Part shown: one piece after another, positions 12,379 through 23,824 of the stretch | Position numbering within the stretch: the stretch's first letter is position 1 | How the letters are laid out: every line of letters starts with the position of its first letter | Source: Octopus bimaculoides | Lineage: Eukaryota | Assembly (NCBI RefSeq): GCF_001194135.2 | Contig: NC_068988.1 | Location: 55,334,430 to 55,398,429 of the forward strand | Length of the DNA: 64,000 nucleotides | Reading direction: 5' to 3' | Translations under genes and position numbers: made by a program | The notes under the pieces: model-generated | Seen by the model: the letters and a program-made list of their open reading frames with translations, nothing else | Database searches by the model: none | Told to the model about the DNA's origin: nothing

Positions 12379-13061
12379 GTGCTTGTGGTTGGATTGGATT
12401 GCCCATGTTCAGTCCACTGCTGGACAAATGCTTCAGCATATTCTCTCCACTAACCATGGTCTGATGTACAGGCTGTGAATTTGAGCTTGAAGTCGTACTG
12501 GGTTGATGAGCCTACTCTGCCACATGGCTTGGCATAGGGCTGCAGTTATTTTTATACTCTCACCCAAGAGTAGCTAAGTTGATTCCACGTGAAGTCCAAT
12601 AGCATACTCTTGTTTCTTTGTTAGTGACCAGTTTATATTTTAGTTGTAAAAAAATACGGATTAGTAAATCATCACATACAATCTGTACCACATTACTCAG
12701 CACGTGTACACACTTCTCTTCTCAATATACACATACATGTACTTACCACTATACCACATTGCTCAACACGTACTTGTACACTCAGCTTTACTCAGCACAT
12801 AGATCCATGTCCATGCTACTCAACACAGTTATACATGCACACATCACAGTACTCAGCACACATATATGTACACATTTATACTATTGAATAGACTCATGCA
12901 CATCCCACACTACTCAATGCTCACATATTTGTACACATCAGGCAACTCAGCACTGTCAGATATATACACTGTACACTACTTAGCACTCTTATGTGTATAT
13001 CACATTACTTCACACACACATACACTACATTACTCAATGTATGCATACATGCATACACTCT

Positions 13062-13382
13062 TGGCACTCCGTTGGTTACAATGATGAAGGTTCCAGCTGA
13101 TATGATCAACGGAACAGCCTGTTTGTGACATTAATGTGCAAGTGGCTGAGCACTCCACAGACATGCATACCCTTAACACAGTTCTCAGGGAGATTCAGAG
13201 TGACACAGAATATGACCAGGCTAGCCCTTTGAATTACAGGTATGACTCATTTTTGCCAGATGAGTGAACTGGAGCTATGTGAAATAAAGCATCTTGCTCA
13301 AGGACTCAATGTCCATCAGGAATCGAACTCATGTTCTTACAATCATGAGCTGCATACCCTAACCATTAAGCCATGCACCTTC
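13062..13382 (-). mobile_element. SINE family C copy
   Basis: Homologous to 1381-1705 and reverse-complementary to 15057-15437. Confidence 0.85.
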
Positions 13383-14011
13383 ACAGCATACACCACACTA
13401 CATGTACTCATTATACTAATCAACACACATACACACCACAGTATTCAACACATATTCAACACCTTGCCACTGTTCGTATGTTTGCATGTCACATTAGTGG
13501 AAACTGGTGCATGTCATTACTCCACTCATGTTCACCACAGCATACTAAACATGTACACAACACCATACTGAACACATGTATGACACTGCTCAAAACATGC
13601 ATAAAAGTACTCTACGCAAACATCTGTACTTCACACATAGGCTCAACACCACTTGAAACATTCACAACACCATATCAGACATGTGTACAACAACAGTCTA
13701 AGCATACACACATCAACACATCACACCACTAAATTCCCAAGTTACTGTATTTGGTGGTATAAAAAATGCATGGGCATGTTAGACACATCCCTTTTACAGT
13801 AGTACATACACAAGAAAAGGTTCTTTCATTGCATTAAAACTTATGGGTGGCCCAACTTTGCACAGAGGAAAGACCCAGAATGATTTTTTTTTTTTATGAG
13901 ACCTTTTTCTGGGAAGGAAAAGGTATGTTGTATATGCACCCATGCACTCATTTATAGCAATATATATGTCTTGTAGCATCTCATTAACTTTCTCAATATA
14001 TTATTTTTCAG

Positions 14012-14135
14012 TTAACTATGACATTCAAGCTAAGGAATTATTGCTGTTGGCTGAATCCTCAGAGAAACAAAAGTCCTGGGTGCAACATTTGGGGAGGAAA
14101 ATTCCTAAGAAAGGAATAACTCCGGCAGGATCAAG
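14012..14135 (+). CDS. ROCK: ROCK internal exon, PH domain C-terminal part: (V)NYDIQAKELLLLAESSEKQKSWVQHLGRKIPKKGITPAGS(R/S)
   Basis: TTTTTCAG acceptor and GTATGG donor at 14136. Matches the ROCK pattern V(S/N)YD..A.(E/D)LLLLA....Q..WV..L..KIPK. Confidence 0.96.
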
Positions 14136-14479
14136 GTATGGAAATAAAACAGTAGATTTATTAAGTATTTGATTGTTTTTTGTTTTTTATTTCGTTGTGA
14201 TTTTTTTTATATATCTAATCAACTCTGATTAATTGAGGTTATCAACCATGGTATTTATCAGATGTTATTTGTTGGAGTGGACCAGTCACTATTTAAAAAT
14301 AAATGCTGAATTACAGGGAATACAGATTGTATGATGTTTGTGTACGAAATTGGGTGCTGCTTAGGCATTGAATGTGGAAGATGATTTAAAGCTGGTTGGG
14401 AAGAAATGAGGTATGAATATTCTGATGAGTATGTAATATTAGTTTGCATGAACACTAGAACATGATTGAGCCGAAAGCT

Positions 14480-14750
14480 AAACTGAGTGTGCAGTGTGCC
14501 AGAAAGAAGAAGCTGTACTTGTACAATCATGTGATGTTGATGATGCATATGGTAGTAGACATTTGGATAAAGAATAGTCAAGATATCCAAATGGAAGGAA
14601 CCTATGGTACAAGAAGTGGTGGAAGCTGATCTCAAAAAGTTTATCATCACAGAGAGATGACAAAGGACCCAGAGCAAGTGTTATGTTGCTGTGCATCAGA
14701 AGACCCATCCATCCACCCAACCCAGTAAGCATGGAAAAGTTGACATAAAA
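14480..14750 (+). mobile_element. Decayed RTE LINE 3' end
   Basis: Translates as RKKKLYLYNHVMLM...IKNSQDIQMEGTYG, resembling the RTE C-terminus RRLRWYGHVMRM...EGT.GRG. Ends in agcatggaaaagttgacataaa like the family D tail. Confidence 0.45.
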
Positions 14751-15056
14751 TAATTGCATAAAACCTTCCAGTGTAGTTTTATGTCATGCCAGGAAAAGGT
14801 TGATCTGTTTTTATTTTAATGATTAATTCTACTCAATCGGTTATGTGTTTTGATCATACTCTGTGTTGTGTTGTGTAGTCAATGTGTATCTTATAAATAT
14901 ACTGTTACGTTATAATACTATATTTTAAAAATGCCTAAAACTAGCCAATAATAGTTATGTTTTTAATGTAACTATACTGCTGTTTTAACTATTTCCCTTC
15001 AAACTTTTCCAGTTTGCATATTTTGTATTATAACTATGTGCTATGCAAGAGATGGG

Positions 15057-15437
15057 TGGAGGTGCAATGGCCCAGGGGTTAGGGCAGCGGACTCGCAGTC
15101 ATAGGATCGCGGTTTCAATTCCCAGACAGGGCGTTGTGAGTGTTTATTGAGCGAAAAACACCTAAAGCTCCACGAGGCTCCGACAGGGGTTGGTGGTAAA
15201 CCCTGCTGTACTCTTTCACCACAACTTTCTCTCACTCTTACTTCCTGTTTCTGTTGTGCCTGTAATTCAAAGGGTCAGCCTTGTCACACTCTGTCACGCC
15301 GAATATCCCCGAGAACTACGTTAAAGGTACACGTGTCTGTGGAGTGCTCAGCCACTTGCACGTTAATTTCATGAGCAGGCTGTTCTGTTGATCGGATCAA
15401 CTGGAACCCTCGACGTCGTAAGTGACGGGGTGCCAAC
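15057..15437 (+). mobile_element. Young SINE family C copy with 14-bp TSD
   Basis: TSD ATGCAAGAGATGGG at 15043-15056 and 15438-15451. CpG-rich with an intact tRNA-like head. Confidence 0.9.
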
Positions 15438-15999
15438 ATGCAAGAGATGGGAAGAGGTGTTGCTTGTGCTGACATTTTGAGTATGTAGTACTCTTTTTCA
15501 AGTTAGACATTCTCTTTCCCTGAACTCAAATGTGTTGGGGCTTAGTGAGTTTTTTTTTACAAATGTCAAATGACTTCTTGTTGGCTATGGCTGTTGCTGG
15601 TATATCGTAAGTCAGCCTATGTTAAATCAGAAGGTACTGAAAGTTAAATTGGAACACATGCAAATTTGTACTTATGTACATGTGTTGGTAGAGGATAGGT
15701 ATATTTATTCCCTAGTCAACTTTTTTTCAGTTTATTTGAATATTTATGTAAATTAAATACGTTGTGAAGACTGTCTATGAGTGTGTACGTACAGGTAGGG
15801 AGTATGTCTAAGAAACAGTTGTTTTTGCCATTCCCTGTGATTTATTATTTAATTATTTCTCAATAACTTATTTAATCTCACCTTTGTACTGTATAAACTG
15901 CTAAACACCTAAAACATTGCATGCTCTGATTAATTTTGCAAGAAAACTCAAGAGGGTTACCTTAAAATCTCATCACGAGCTGAACTAATGTACTCTTCT

Positions 16000-16288
16000 A
16001 GCAGCAGCATGAGCGCTCTTGGACTTTGGCTACCCACATTGTGGATTTTTGCTTTTGACTACCCATTTTCGTTCACCACATGATGGTTGGATCTATTTGG
16101 TTTTGCTTGGACTGCCCACGTTTTATAACTGATGAACAGACACTAGGCCAATCCATCATGCCAAAGATGCGGGTAGTCTAAGCAAAACCAAATGGACCCA
16201 ACCATCATGTAGTGAACCAAAATGGGTAGTCAAAAGCAAAAAGCCACAATGTGGGCAGCCAGAATCCAAGAGCACTCATGCTGCTGCT
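16000..16288. mobile_element. Foldback/MITE: about 125-bp inverted arms around a loop of about 40 bp
   Basis: 16000-16124 is reverse-complementary to 16163-16288, with mostly transition differences. Flanks tactcttc / cactcttg may be a decayed 8-bp TSD. Confidence 0.85.
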
Positions 16289-16431
16289 TCACTCTTGTGG
16301 AAAAACATGATAATAAGCATGCTCACTTAAGCAGTGCTCCAATATTTTGATATACACTTACAACCTTTTAAAAATCCCTTCCTGAACTAACTGTAATTAT
16401 ATAGCTGTGTCATTATTTACATTTATGTAAT

Positions 16432-16625
16432 GCAGTGTGCTGGCTGAATCGTTAGTATGCTGGACAAAATGATTAGTAGCGTTTCTTCTGGCTGTTTATG
16501 CTCTGAATTCATATGCCAACTTTACCTTTGAAATAAGTAGCCATTGAGTACTAAGTGTCAATGTAATCGACTCCCCCCCACCTCATTCCCCTCAAAATTG
16601 CTGGCGTTGTGTCAAAAGTAGAATT
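16432..16625 (+). mobile_element. SINE family B copy, decayed
   Basis: gctggctgaatcgttag...tctgaattc...tttaccttt...aatgtaatcgactcccc...ttgtgtcaaaagtagaa. Confidence 0.65.
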
Positions 16626-17200
16626 GCTTACATTTATGAGGGTGGTGAGGGGTTGAATCAGTGCAGCTCTCGGCTAAAATGTTTTGCAGTATCCTGTTAG
16701 GCCCTTTTTAAATTCCAGATCCATATTAAATTAGTGTTGATAAATTAAGTACCAGTAAATTGACTCTATTGCTTTTACTATAAATTTCAGGACTAATTGA
16801 TCATCTCCTCAGGTAGCCCCACCATATAAGAAATAAATCGTTACTTTAGATTCAGAATGTTGTTTCAAAGCCTCTTTCCGACTGACAGCTCTTGTGGTTA
16901 TGTAAGCTCTTACATTTCATCTGTTGCTAAAGATGTGAGCTTGGGGTTGGGGGAAAAATATACATGAAATGAATTGCTGTTGCTGCTGGTGCTGATGATG
17001 ACGATGATGGTGACGATGGTAGAGAGGAAGCTGATGATTAAGGTGGGGTTTTATCCAATCCATTCCTTATTTTAAGATTACGTTGATGTTTTATTGTCTT
17101 ACCTTAAAGTAAAAGGAATCTGTTAACACATACACACGTGTACATCCACTCATACACACACAAAATAGTTTTAAGAATCAATCAACACACACACCCACGT

Positions 17201-17232
<32 letters not shown>

Positions 17233-18077
17233 GCATACATTTGCATTCTTCTGTAGTAACAGAAATGGGATGATTTTGTAAATGTGAATTTTAATATATT
17301 AGCATATCATTAACATTAATATATTAACACATTAACATATCATTGGAGCAGTTTTTGCATTTATTATTTTTTACACTAACCATGGACTCTGCCACATTAT
17401 AAAGTAAGCATGAACCAGTGAGAGGGCAACCACAGTTGCTCTATCTGCTAGAAATAGCAACCAAAGGTCTCTTAAGTCAAACCTAACCATCTTAAATAAA
17501 AGGAGACGTTGAGAAGTGTAGACCTTGATGTATGAAATGATGCACTTTTGATCATTGGTCTACTCAATTAAGGCTGGCCTTGGGCTAAACAACAACAATA
17601 TCATAAAAATAATGTTAGCTTAATGTATGTTGTAATTTACCATGTTAGAGAGAGTAGTTAGCAAGATTTGAAATCCTGACTTTGTAATCTATATTTCAGC
17701 CCCCTTAACTCTTTAACATACAAACTGGCCCCCTAAATGGGCATTGTAAAAGTTTGTGCTGTTAGCTAATATCATCCATACCTAGTGCTATTGACACATT
17801 TCTTTTAGTAGCAAGCAATCACCTAACCAAATCAATGTGGTGGGCATGGATTTCTTAGTTTCTTGATGTTTTAGTATTAACACATCAGCAGTAAATATGT
17901 AGAAGAAGAATTTCATGTTTAAAACATTTATGTGGGAAATTTGACTGTGGATTGTTGCTGCCCCCATCTACAGTTGTTTCTGGAGTAAGTGAGGGAGAAA
18001 GATAGAGTTTACTGAGAGATAGAAGAGTGGAGGGGAAGATCCCCTTTAATGAGAGAGAACTGCTTCAGAGTTTATAA

Positions 18078-18119
<42 letters not shown>

Positions 18120-18122
<3 letters not shown>

Positions 18123-18770
18123 TGGTGAACTGTCAGAATCGTTAGCATGCCAGGTGAAATACTTAGCAGTATTTTTCCCATTGCTACATTCTGAGTTCTA
18201 CTTCTACCAAGGTCAACTTTGCCTTTCAGGGTCTATAAAATAAATACCAGTTTTGTACTGAGGTCAATGTNNNNNNNNNNNGTAGAAAGGATTATTATTA
18301 TTATTATTATTGTTATGAGAAAGGTGGTGAGCTGGCAGAATCGTTACCACACTGGATGAAATGCTTAGTCGTATTCTGAGTTCAAATTCGACCGAGATCG
18401 ACTCTGCCTTTTATCCTTTCGGGGTTGATAAATTAAGTACCAGTTGTGTACTGGGGTCAGTGCAATCAACTATCTCCCTCCCTCAAAATTGCTGCCCTTG
18501 TGGCAAAATTTGAAACCATCATTATTATTATGAGCAGGTGGAAAATGGCAGAATCGTAAGCATGCAAGCAAAATGCTTTGCAACATTTTGTCCGTCTTTA
18601 TGTTCTGAGTTCAAATTCTACTGAGGTCAACTTTGCCTTTCATCTTTTCGGGGTCAACAAAACAAATACCAGTGGAAACACTGGGGTCGATGTAATCAAC
18701 TAATCCCCACCTCCCCCAAATTTCCGGCCTTGTGCCTATAGTAGAAAGGATTATTATTATTATTATTATG
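18120..18770 (+). mobile_element. Three head-to-tail SINE family B copies joined by (ATT)n
   Basis: Copies start at about 18120, 18320 and 18535, each preceded or followed by (ATT)n. Confidence 0.85.
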
Positions 18771-19015
18771 AGACATATTTAGTTCTGTTTATACTGGGAT
18801 TATAAACCCCTGATGTTTTCAGTAAATTAGCTGACCAGTAAAGCAGTTGTTACCTGCAGGATTTATGGTTTCTTTCATCAGGCTGTGTGGCTCGACTTGC
18901 TAAGTGTTGTGCTGGGGCTCAGCTAGTAATTATTCTGTAATGTATAGTGACAAGTATGAGTTGTAACAACCTTATATACAAATGATAAAGTTACTGGTAA
19001 TATTATTTCAGCATG

Positions 19016-19235
19016 AAGGTGGCAAGCTGGTAGAATCATTAGCACACTGGTTGAAATGCTTAGTGGCATTTCATCTGTATGCATATTCTGAGTTCAAATT
19101 CTGCCAAGGTCAACTTTGCCTTCCATCCTCTTGGGGTTGATAAAATTAAGTACCAGTTGAGCATTGGGGTCAATGTAATCAACCAATCCCCTCCCCTGAA
19201 ATTGCAGGCATTGTGATAAAATTTGAAATCAATAT
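19016..19235 (+). mobile_element. SINE family B copy, complete and fully CpG-depleted
   Basis: Aligns end to end with 29388-29592, with CG replaced by TG/CA. Confidence 0.85.
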
Positions 19236-19479
19236 TATTCAGCATGATTACCAACTTACACCTTCAGTAGTCTCTCCAGTCTCTTTAGTATAGCAAGTGA
19301 TGGTAGGACTAAATATCAACCTGAGATGGTGGTCAGTTAGTCCTAAAATTGAAAGTTGCATTGTTAGTCTTATTCGAAAAACTTTGGTTTCCTGAATACA
19401 AGAAGACTGCTTTGTGACTTACAAGGTATGTTTTAAGCATTGAACTTTTTTTTACATATCAATTTTTACTATTATTGTG

Positions 19480-19860
19480 GCCGGGTTCTAGCTGAGGCCA
19501 CAACAACAAAGTCCACCCGCCACATTTCTTGGTCCAACATCACTGCCTCAAGGTCCTGGATACATTCCAGGCCAGAGTCTGCAATCAAGTTGTTGATGCA
19601 AGTGTGATGATGTTTTCCCCTTCTTACATCACCGGGAAGTGGGTTCTACATGATTAATTTGGATGCTTCTAATTCAGGGTAGTGTACGCAATGGCTGGAT
19701 AGTTGCAGCCATCTTTGCCTAATCTTCTTGCTAACTTTTGGCAGGTCGCCATCATTTGTTGTATGTTGCTGTCATTTCACATTCAGAGCCATTTGTAGCA
19801 TCCATTTAGCCTGTTTGATATTTTCTTTGTCAGTGTCCATGTTTCACTGCTATATAATAG
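19480..19860 (-). mobile_element. Decayed RTE-clade LINE, C-terminal RT region
   Basis: Minus-strand translation LYSSETWTLTKKISNRLNGCY matches the RTE motif LLYG.E.WTLTK.....LDGCYTRMLR, followed by stops and frameshifts. Confidence 0.7.
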
Positions 19861-20362
19861 CACAGATTCACATATAAAACCATTTAATAAACATGTTGCT
19901 TGGTATTTCAAAATAATCCACCAATTTACCTATCATTTATGAATACTTAATCTTTAATCACAAGGCATTTAACAGGTGCTTTGTGTGTGTGTTAGTTTTC
20001 TCTATTGTTTGTGTCGTTCTGTATAGCATTATTGATCAGTATTAATAAACCATCTCTTAAGTGCTTCTCCAGGATTCATTGTAACCCTTTCCATTTAGTA
20101 TGTTTTACTTAAGACATTGTTGAATGTATAGGTTTTTTGTGGTGGTGGGGAGGAGGATGGCTGTTATGGCTTGCATGATGTGTCGGTACCTTGTTGTGCC
20201 TTGGTCCTGCATAAAACTATGTAGTTGACGACTCTCTATCAAAAAAAGATCAGATCATTTCTGCAGTTTATTTATTAATATTTTATTTCTCACTTTACTT
20301 AGGATTGTTTACTTCTAATGTCTGACGATTCTTTTCTTTTTCAATCTAACTTGATGTTGTAG

Positions 20363-20369
20363 GAAATAA
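20363..20369 (+). CDS. ROCK: Candidate alternative ROCK last or cassette exon, adding (R)K* (stop TAA 20367-20369)
   Basis: Pyrimidine tract at about 20330-20342, branch-like CTAAC at 20346-20350 and TGTAG acceptor at 20362. Phase 2 join gives AGG AAA TAA. Downstream are a GTAAGT donor at 20441 and AATAAA plus a GT-rich element at 20951-20998. No transcript evidence. Confidence 0.5.
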
Positions 20370-20950
20370 CGGAGTAAGGTGCACCATTTTTACAAATGCA
20401 CCATTAATAGCAGCAAGACACTCATACAAGTTTCACCAATGTAAGTTGCGTTGTGATGACGTTGGAAGCTGTTTAATACTGAATTTGTAAATTATAATTC
20501 TTTACCTTAGTGTCACAGTGTTGGTGTTAAAAGTTATTTCTTTTTTTGGTGAAATGAAAGAAAAAAAAAATTCTGTTCATTCCTGTTACACAATGTATGT
20601 GTGTGTGTGTTTTTCTTTCTTTCTTTCTTTCTTTTATATCTGTCTTGATAATGTTTCTGTGCTTTGTTCTGTGATTTTTCACAATTCTATCACTAGTTCT
20701 GAATTCATTTTACGCTTTGTTACAGTTTGTGGCACCACCTTAATGTTTTTTTTTTCTGTTTTATTTTGTTGTCTTTTGTTATTTTATACATTTCCATTTT
20801 GATTTCAATCCCACCAGTGCATTCTGTATGAATATGTTACCACCAGTGACTGTTGTCTACAATTTGATGTTTATTTTCTCTTCTACAATCTTAGTTTTTT
20901 TTTTTTTTTGTTTAAAAAAAAAACACTTCAAATTGGTGAGATTTGAAAAT

Positions 20951-20998
20951 AATAAATAAAGACCAACATTGTTTAGTTTTATTGTTGTTATTGTTCTT
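20951..20998 (+). terminator. Candidate proximal polyadenylation site
   Basis: Overlapping AATAAATAAA at 20951-20960 followed by a T/GT-rich tract (TGTTTAGTTTTATTGTTGTTATTGTTC). Confidence 0.45.
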
Positions 20999-21301
20999 GA
21001 CACTGTTTCTCATTGGTTAATTTCTATCAGCATGGAACGACTGATAATTTTTGAATATTATTTTGTTTCTTTTATTTTTGTACATCAGTGTACTGCAGCT
21101 TTTTGTTTTTCGTATAAAAATAAACATGATTAAGTTGTCATATATAAATTTTTATCCAAGCTTTATTGATATCAGGTTCTTCTATTTAACTGTTCATATC
21201 ATTGCTAAATCTACAGTAATGACATGTATGTCAAGATGACTATTAACTAGCTTAAATGTGTAACCATACTCCTTGGGCATAAACTATTTATTTAAGGGAA
21301 G

Positions 21302-21351
21302 TTAATAATAATGGGATGATGACAATAATAACAACAATAATGATAATAGTT

Positions 21352-21384
<33 letters not shown>

Positions 21385-21530
21385 GTAATAAATCATGGTA
21401 ATGATTATAACAATAATTGTAATAATTGTAATAATGGCAATGATAGTTTCTTATATAAGCATGATATGTAATGATAATATAATATTGATATTTTGCATAA
21501 GAATGATTAATAATTATTGTAATGAAGCCT
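21302..21530. repeat. (AAT)n microsatellite with a degenerate AAT/GAT halo
   Basis: Directly visible. Confidence 0.85.
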
Positions 21531-21541
21531 TCCAATATATA

Positions 21542-21581
<40 letters not shown>

Positions 21582-21865
21582 ATGTTATATTTGAAATTTG
21601 TTTTCTCTGTAGTTTAGGTTGTTCATTTGTGTTGATTGAATGTAAAATAAAAAATTGTTTTCAGTTAATTCCTGCTTTTTGAGTTCGAACCATTTCTGTA
21701 AAGTATAATGTAATTTTTATCAACATCCTGTCCAACCTTGCCATATCTATTAGGACTCAGCATAGAAGGCAGACGTTAAATGATGATGATGATACTAATT
21801 TGGTGCAGTTAGATGCTTTATGAATGAAACATTTCTAAGTAACTGTAGCTCTGTCTTCTCCTTAA

Positions 21866-22041
21866 CCCTTTAGCAGTCAGTTTACTCCACCAAGTGTAAT
21901 GGTTATTTATTCCCATTGTTTTGAATTAATCATGCATTGTCTTGTAGCTTCAAGATTTCAATAATGCTATTGTTTGTTTTTACAAAGGCATTGTAGAGTA
22001 GGTGTAAGAGGCTTGATATAGCCGATTTAAATGCTAAAAGG
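21866..22041. mobile_element. piggyBac-type MITE
   Basis: TTAA-ccctttagca ... tgctaaaagg-TTAG. Homologous to 7803-8022. Confidence 0.6.
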
Positions 22042-22844
22042 TTAGTATCACTATCTAGGACATTGGCAGTAGTGACAACAGCTCAGGAATCATTCAGTTT
22101 GTCGTGTTTCCAATGTAGGCATTGCTGTTGAATGTGAAAGAAACTTTGGTCATATTTATTAAGAAACTACATTCAACAATCTATTGGATGGAATTGAACC
22201 GCAGCTTTTGACTGTTGCCAAGTATGGAGGCTGTTTAATGTTTATTTTACAGAATATTAAGGTGACAGGGTTAAAAAATGGTAATTGTGGTTCTTTATAG
22301 TGCATTGTTTTGTTTTAGATAATGACTACACACACATACACATACACACACGTGCGTGTGTATATACGACATGAAACTTGAGTATGACTAGTTTGCACTG
22401 TTATATGAAACCTTGATTTAAACATAATAAGAAAGGTCTTCCTCTTAAAACTACTGACCTCTTCATATGTTGCAGAAAATAATTTTCAGGATATATCCTG
22501 TCATCTTGTTATTGTCTGTCTGTGTGTCTGCTGAACAAGATGATGACTTCTCATTCTGACATCTGTACTTTGATATATAATTTGTATATAAATGGCAAAG
22601 CTTTTAGATCTTGGTCGTACTTAGAGTTATGAGGAAAGCTGATACTTACAGAGACTCGAAATGACATTTTTGTCATTCTGTGGTGGTTAATTTTGTAGTA
22701 TTTAAACTGGTTCAATCCAACCACCACAAAGACAAGGTCATTGTATACTCAGTCTTGTTGACATGTCTTTGGTTGCAGAGATTCCTCCTCCACCACCACC
22801 ACTTATATGAAATAATATTCGTATTTAAATGATCTTTATCAGTT

Positions 22845-23205
22845 TTGGTGTGGTTGTGTGGTTGAGAAGCTTGCTTCCCAACCATGTGGTGTAGGGTTCA
22901 GTTCCACTGTGCAGCTTCTTGGGCACAAGTGTCTTTTACTATAGCATCGATCAAATCTTTGTTAGTAGATTTAATTGCTTGAAACTGAAAGAAGCCTGGA
23001 GGTGTGTGTGTATGTGTGTGTTTGTCCTCCCTACCCTTCACTACTTAGTAATTGGTTTATTTATGTCCCTGTAACTTAGTAGTTCAGCAAAAGAGTTAAT
23101 AAAATAGGTATCAGGCTTAAAAATAAGTACTGGAGTTGACTTGTTTGACTAAACTCTTCAAGGTTATGTCCCAGCATGGCCACAGTCCAAAGATAAAAGA
23201 TAAAA
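22845..23205 (+). mobile_element. SINE family A, complete decayed copy with short internal (TG)n
   Basis: Contains both modules without a gap, which defines the family A architecture. Confidence 0.75.
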
Positions 23206-23264
23206 ATACATATGTATTTATTTATATGTGTGTGTGTGTGTGTGTATTTTTGTATGTGCCCTTG

Positions 23265-23510
23265 TCTAGACTTCATGCAATAGTTGTAATAGTTGTAGAT
23301 GAGCATCACCATCATACAAGCAAGGTTGTTTGTTTCCCATCTTCTGTAGAAAACATTTCTGGATATGGGGAAAATATCACCTTGCTTGGAAACAGGTGGA
23401 GGTGGCCAACATGAAGAGCATCCAGCTGTTGAAATCTTGTCTTTGCAAATTCTTTTTGACTCGTACAATCACAGAAAAGTGGATGTTAAATGACGATAAA
23501 GTTGATGACA
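23265..23510 (+). mobile_element. SINE body with family D/RTE-like tail
   Basis: gagcatcaccatcatacaagc...ccttgcttggaaacagg...catccagctg...gaaaagtggatgttaaatgacgat. The first part also occurs at 700-760 behind a family A head. Confidence 0.55.
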
Positions 23511-23607
23511 TCCGTAGATTTTACACCATTAGTATTATAAATAAATTAGTCGTTTACTGATTTCAAATGCTAGAATGCTAAACCTTAGTCAAAACATGCT
23601 GATACTT

Positions 23608-23824
23608 CAGTGTTCCCAGTGGTCAGTGTGGACCAAATTTTTTTCCCTTGTGACAAAAATTTGAGTGCATTGACCGTGTAATGAATATATAGTTATTAAT
23701 TACAAATTAATTTTGACAATTAACTTTTTGTGCATGTATTAGTTTAATGAGTGCACATTCATTATTTTGTGTATGATGGCTACAAAATACTGCATGCATA
23801 AGTGCTCAACTTAGAGGGAACATT
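23608..23824. mobile_element. hAT-type MITE
   Basis: Ends cagtgttccc ... ttagagggaacatt. Confidence 0.5.
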
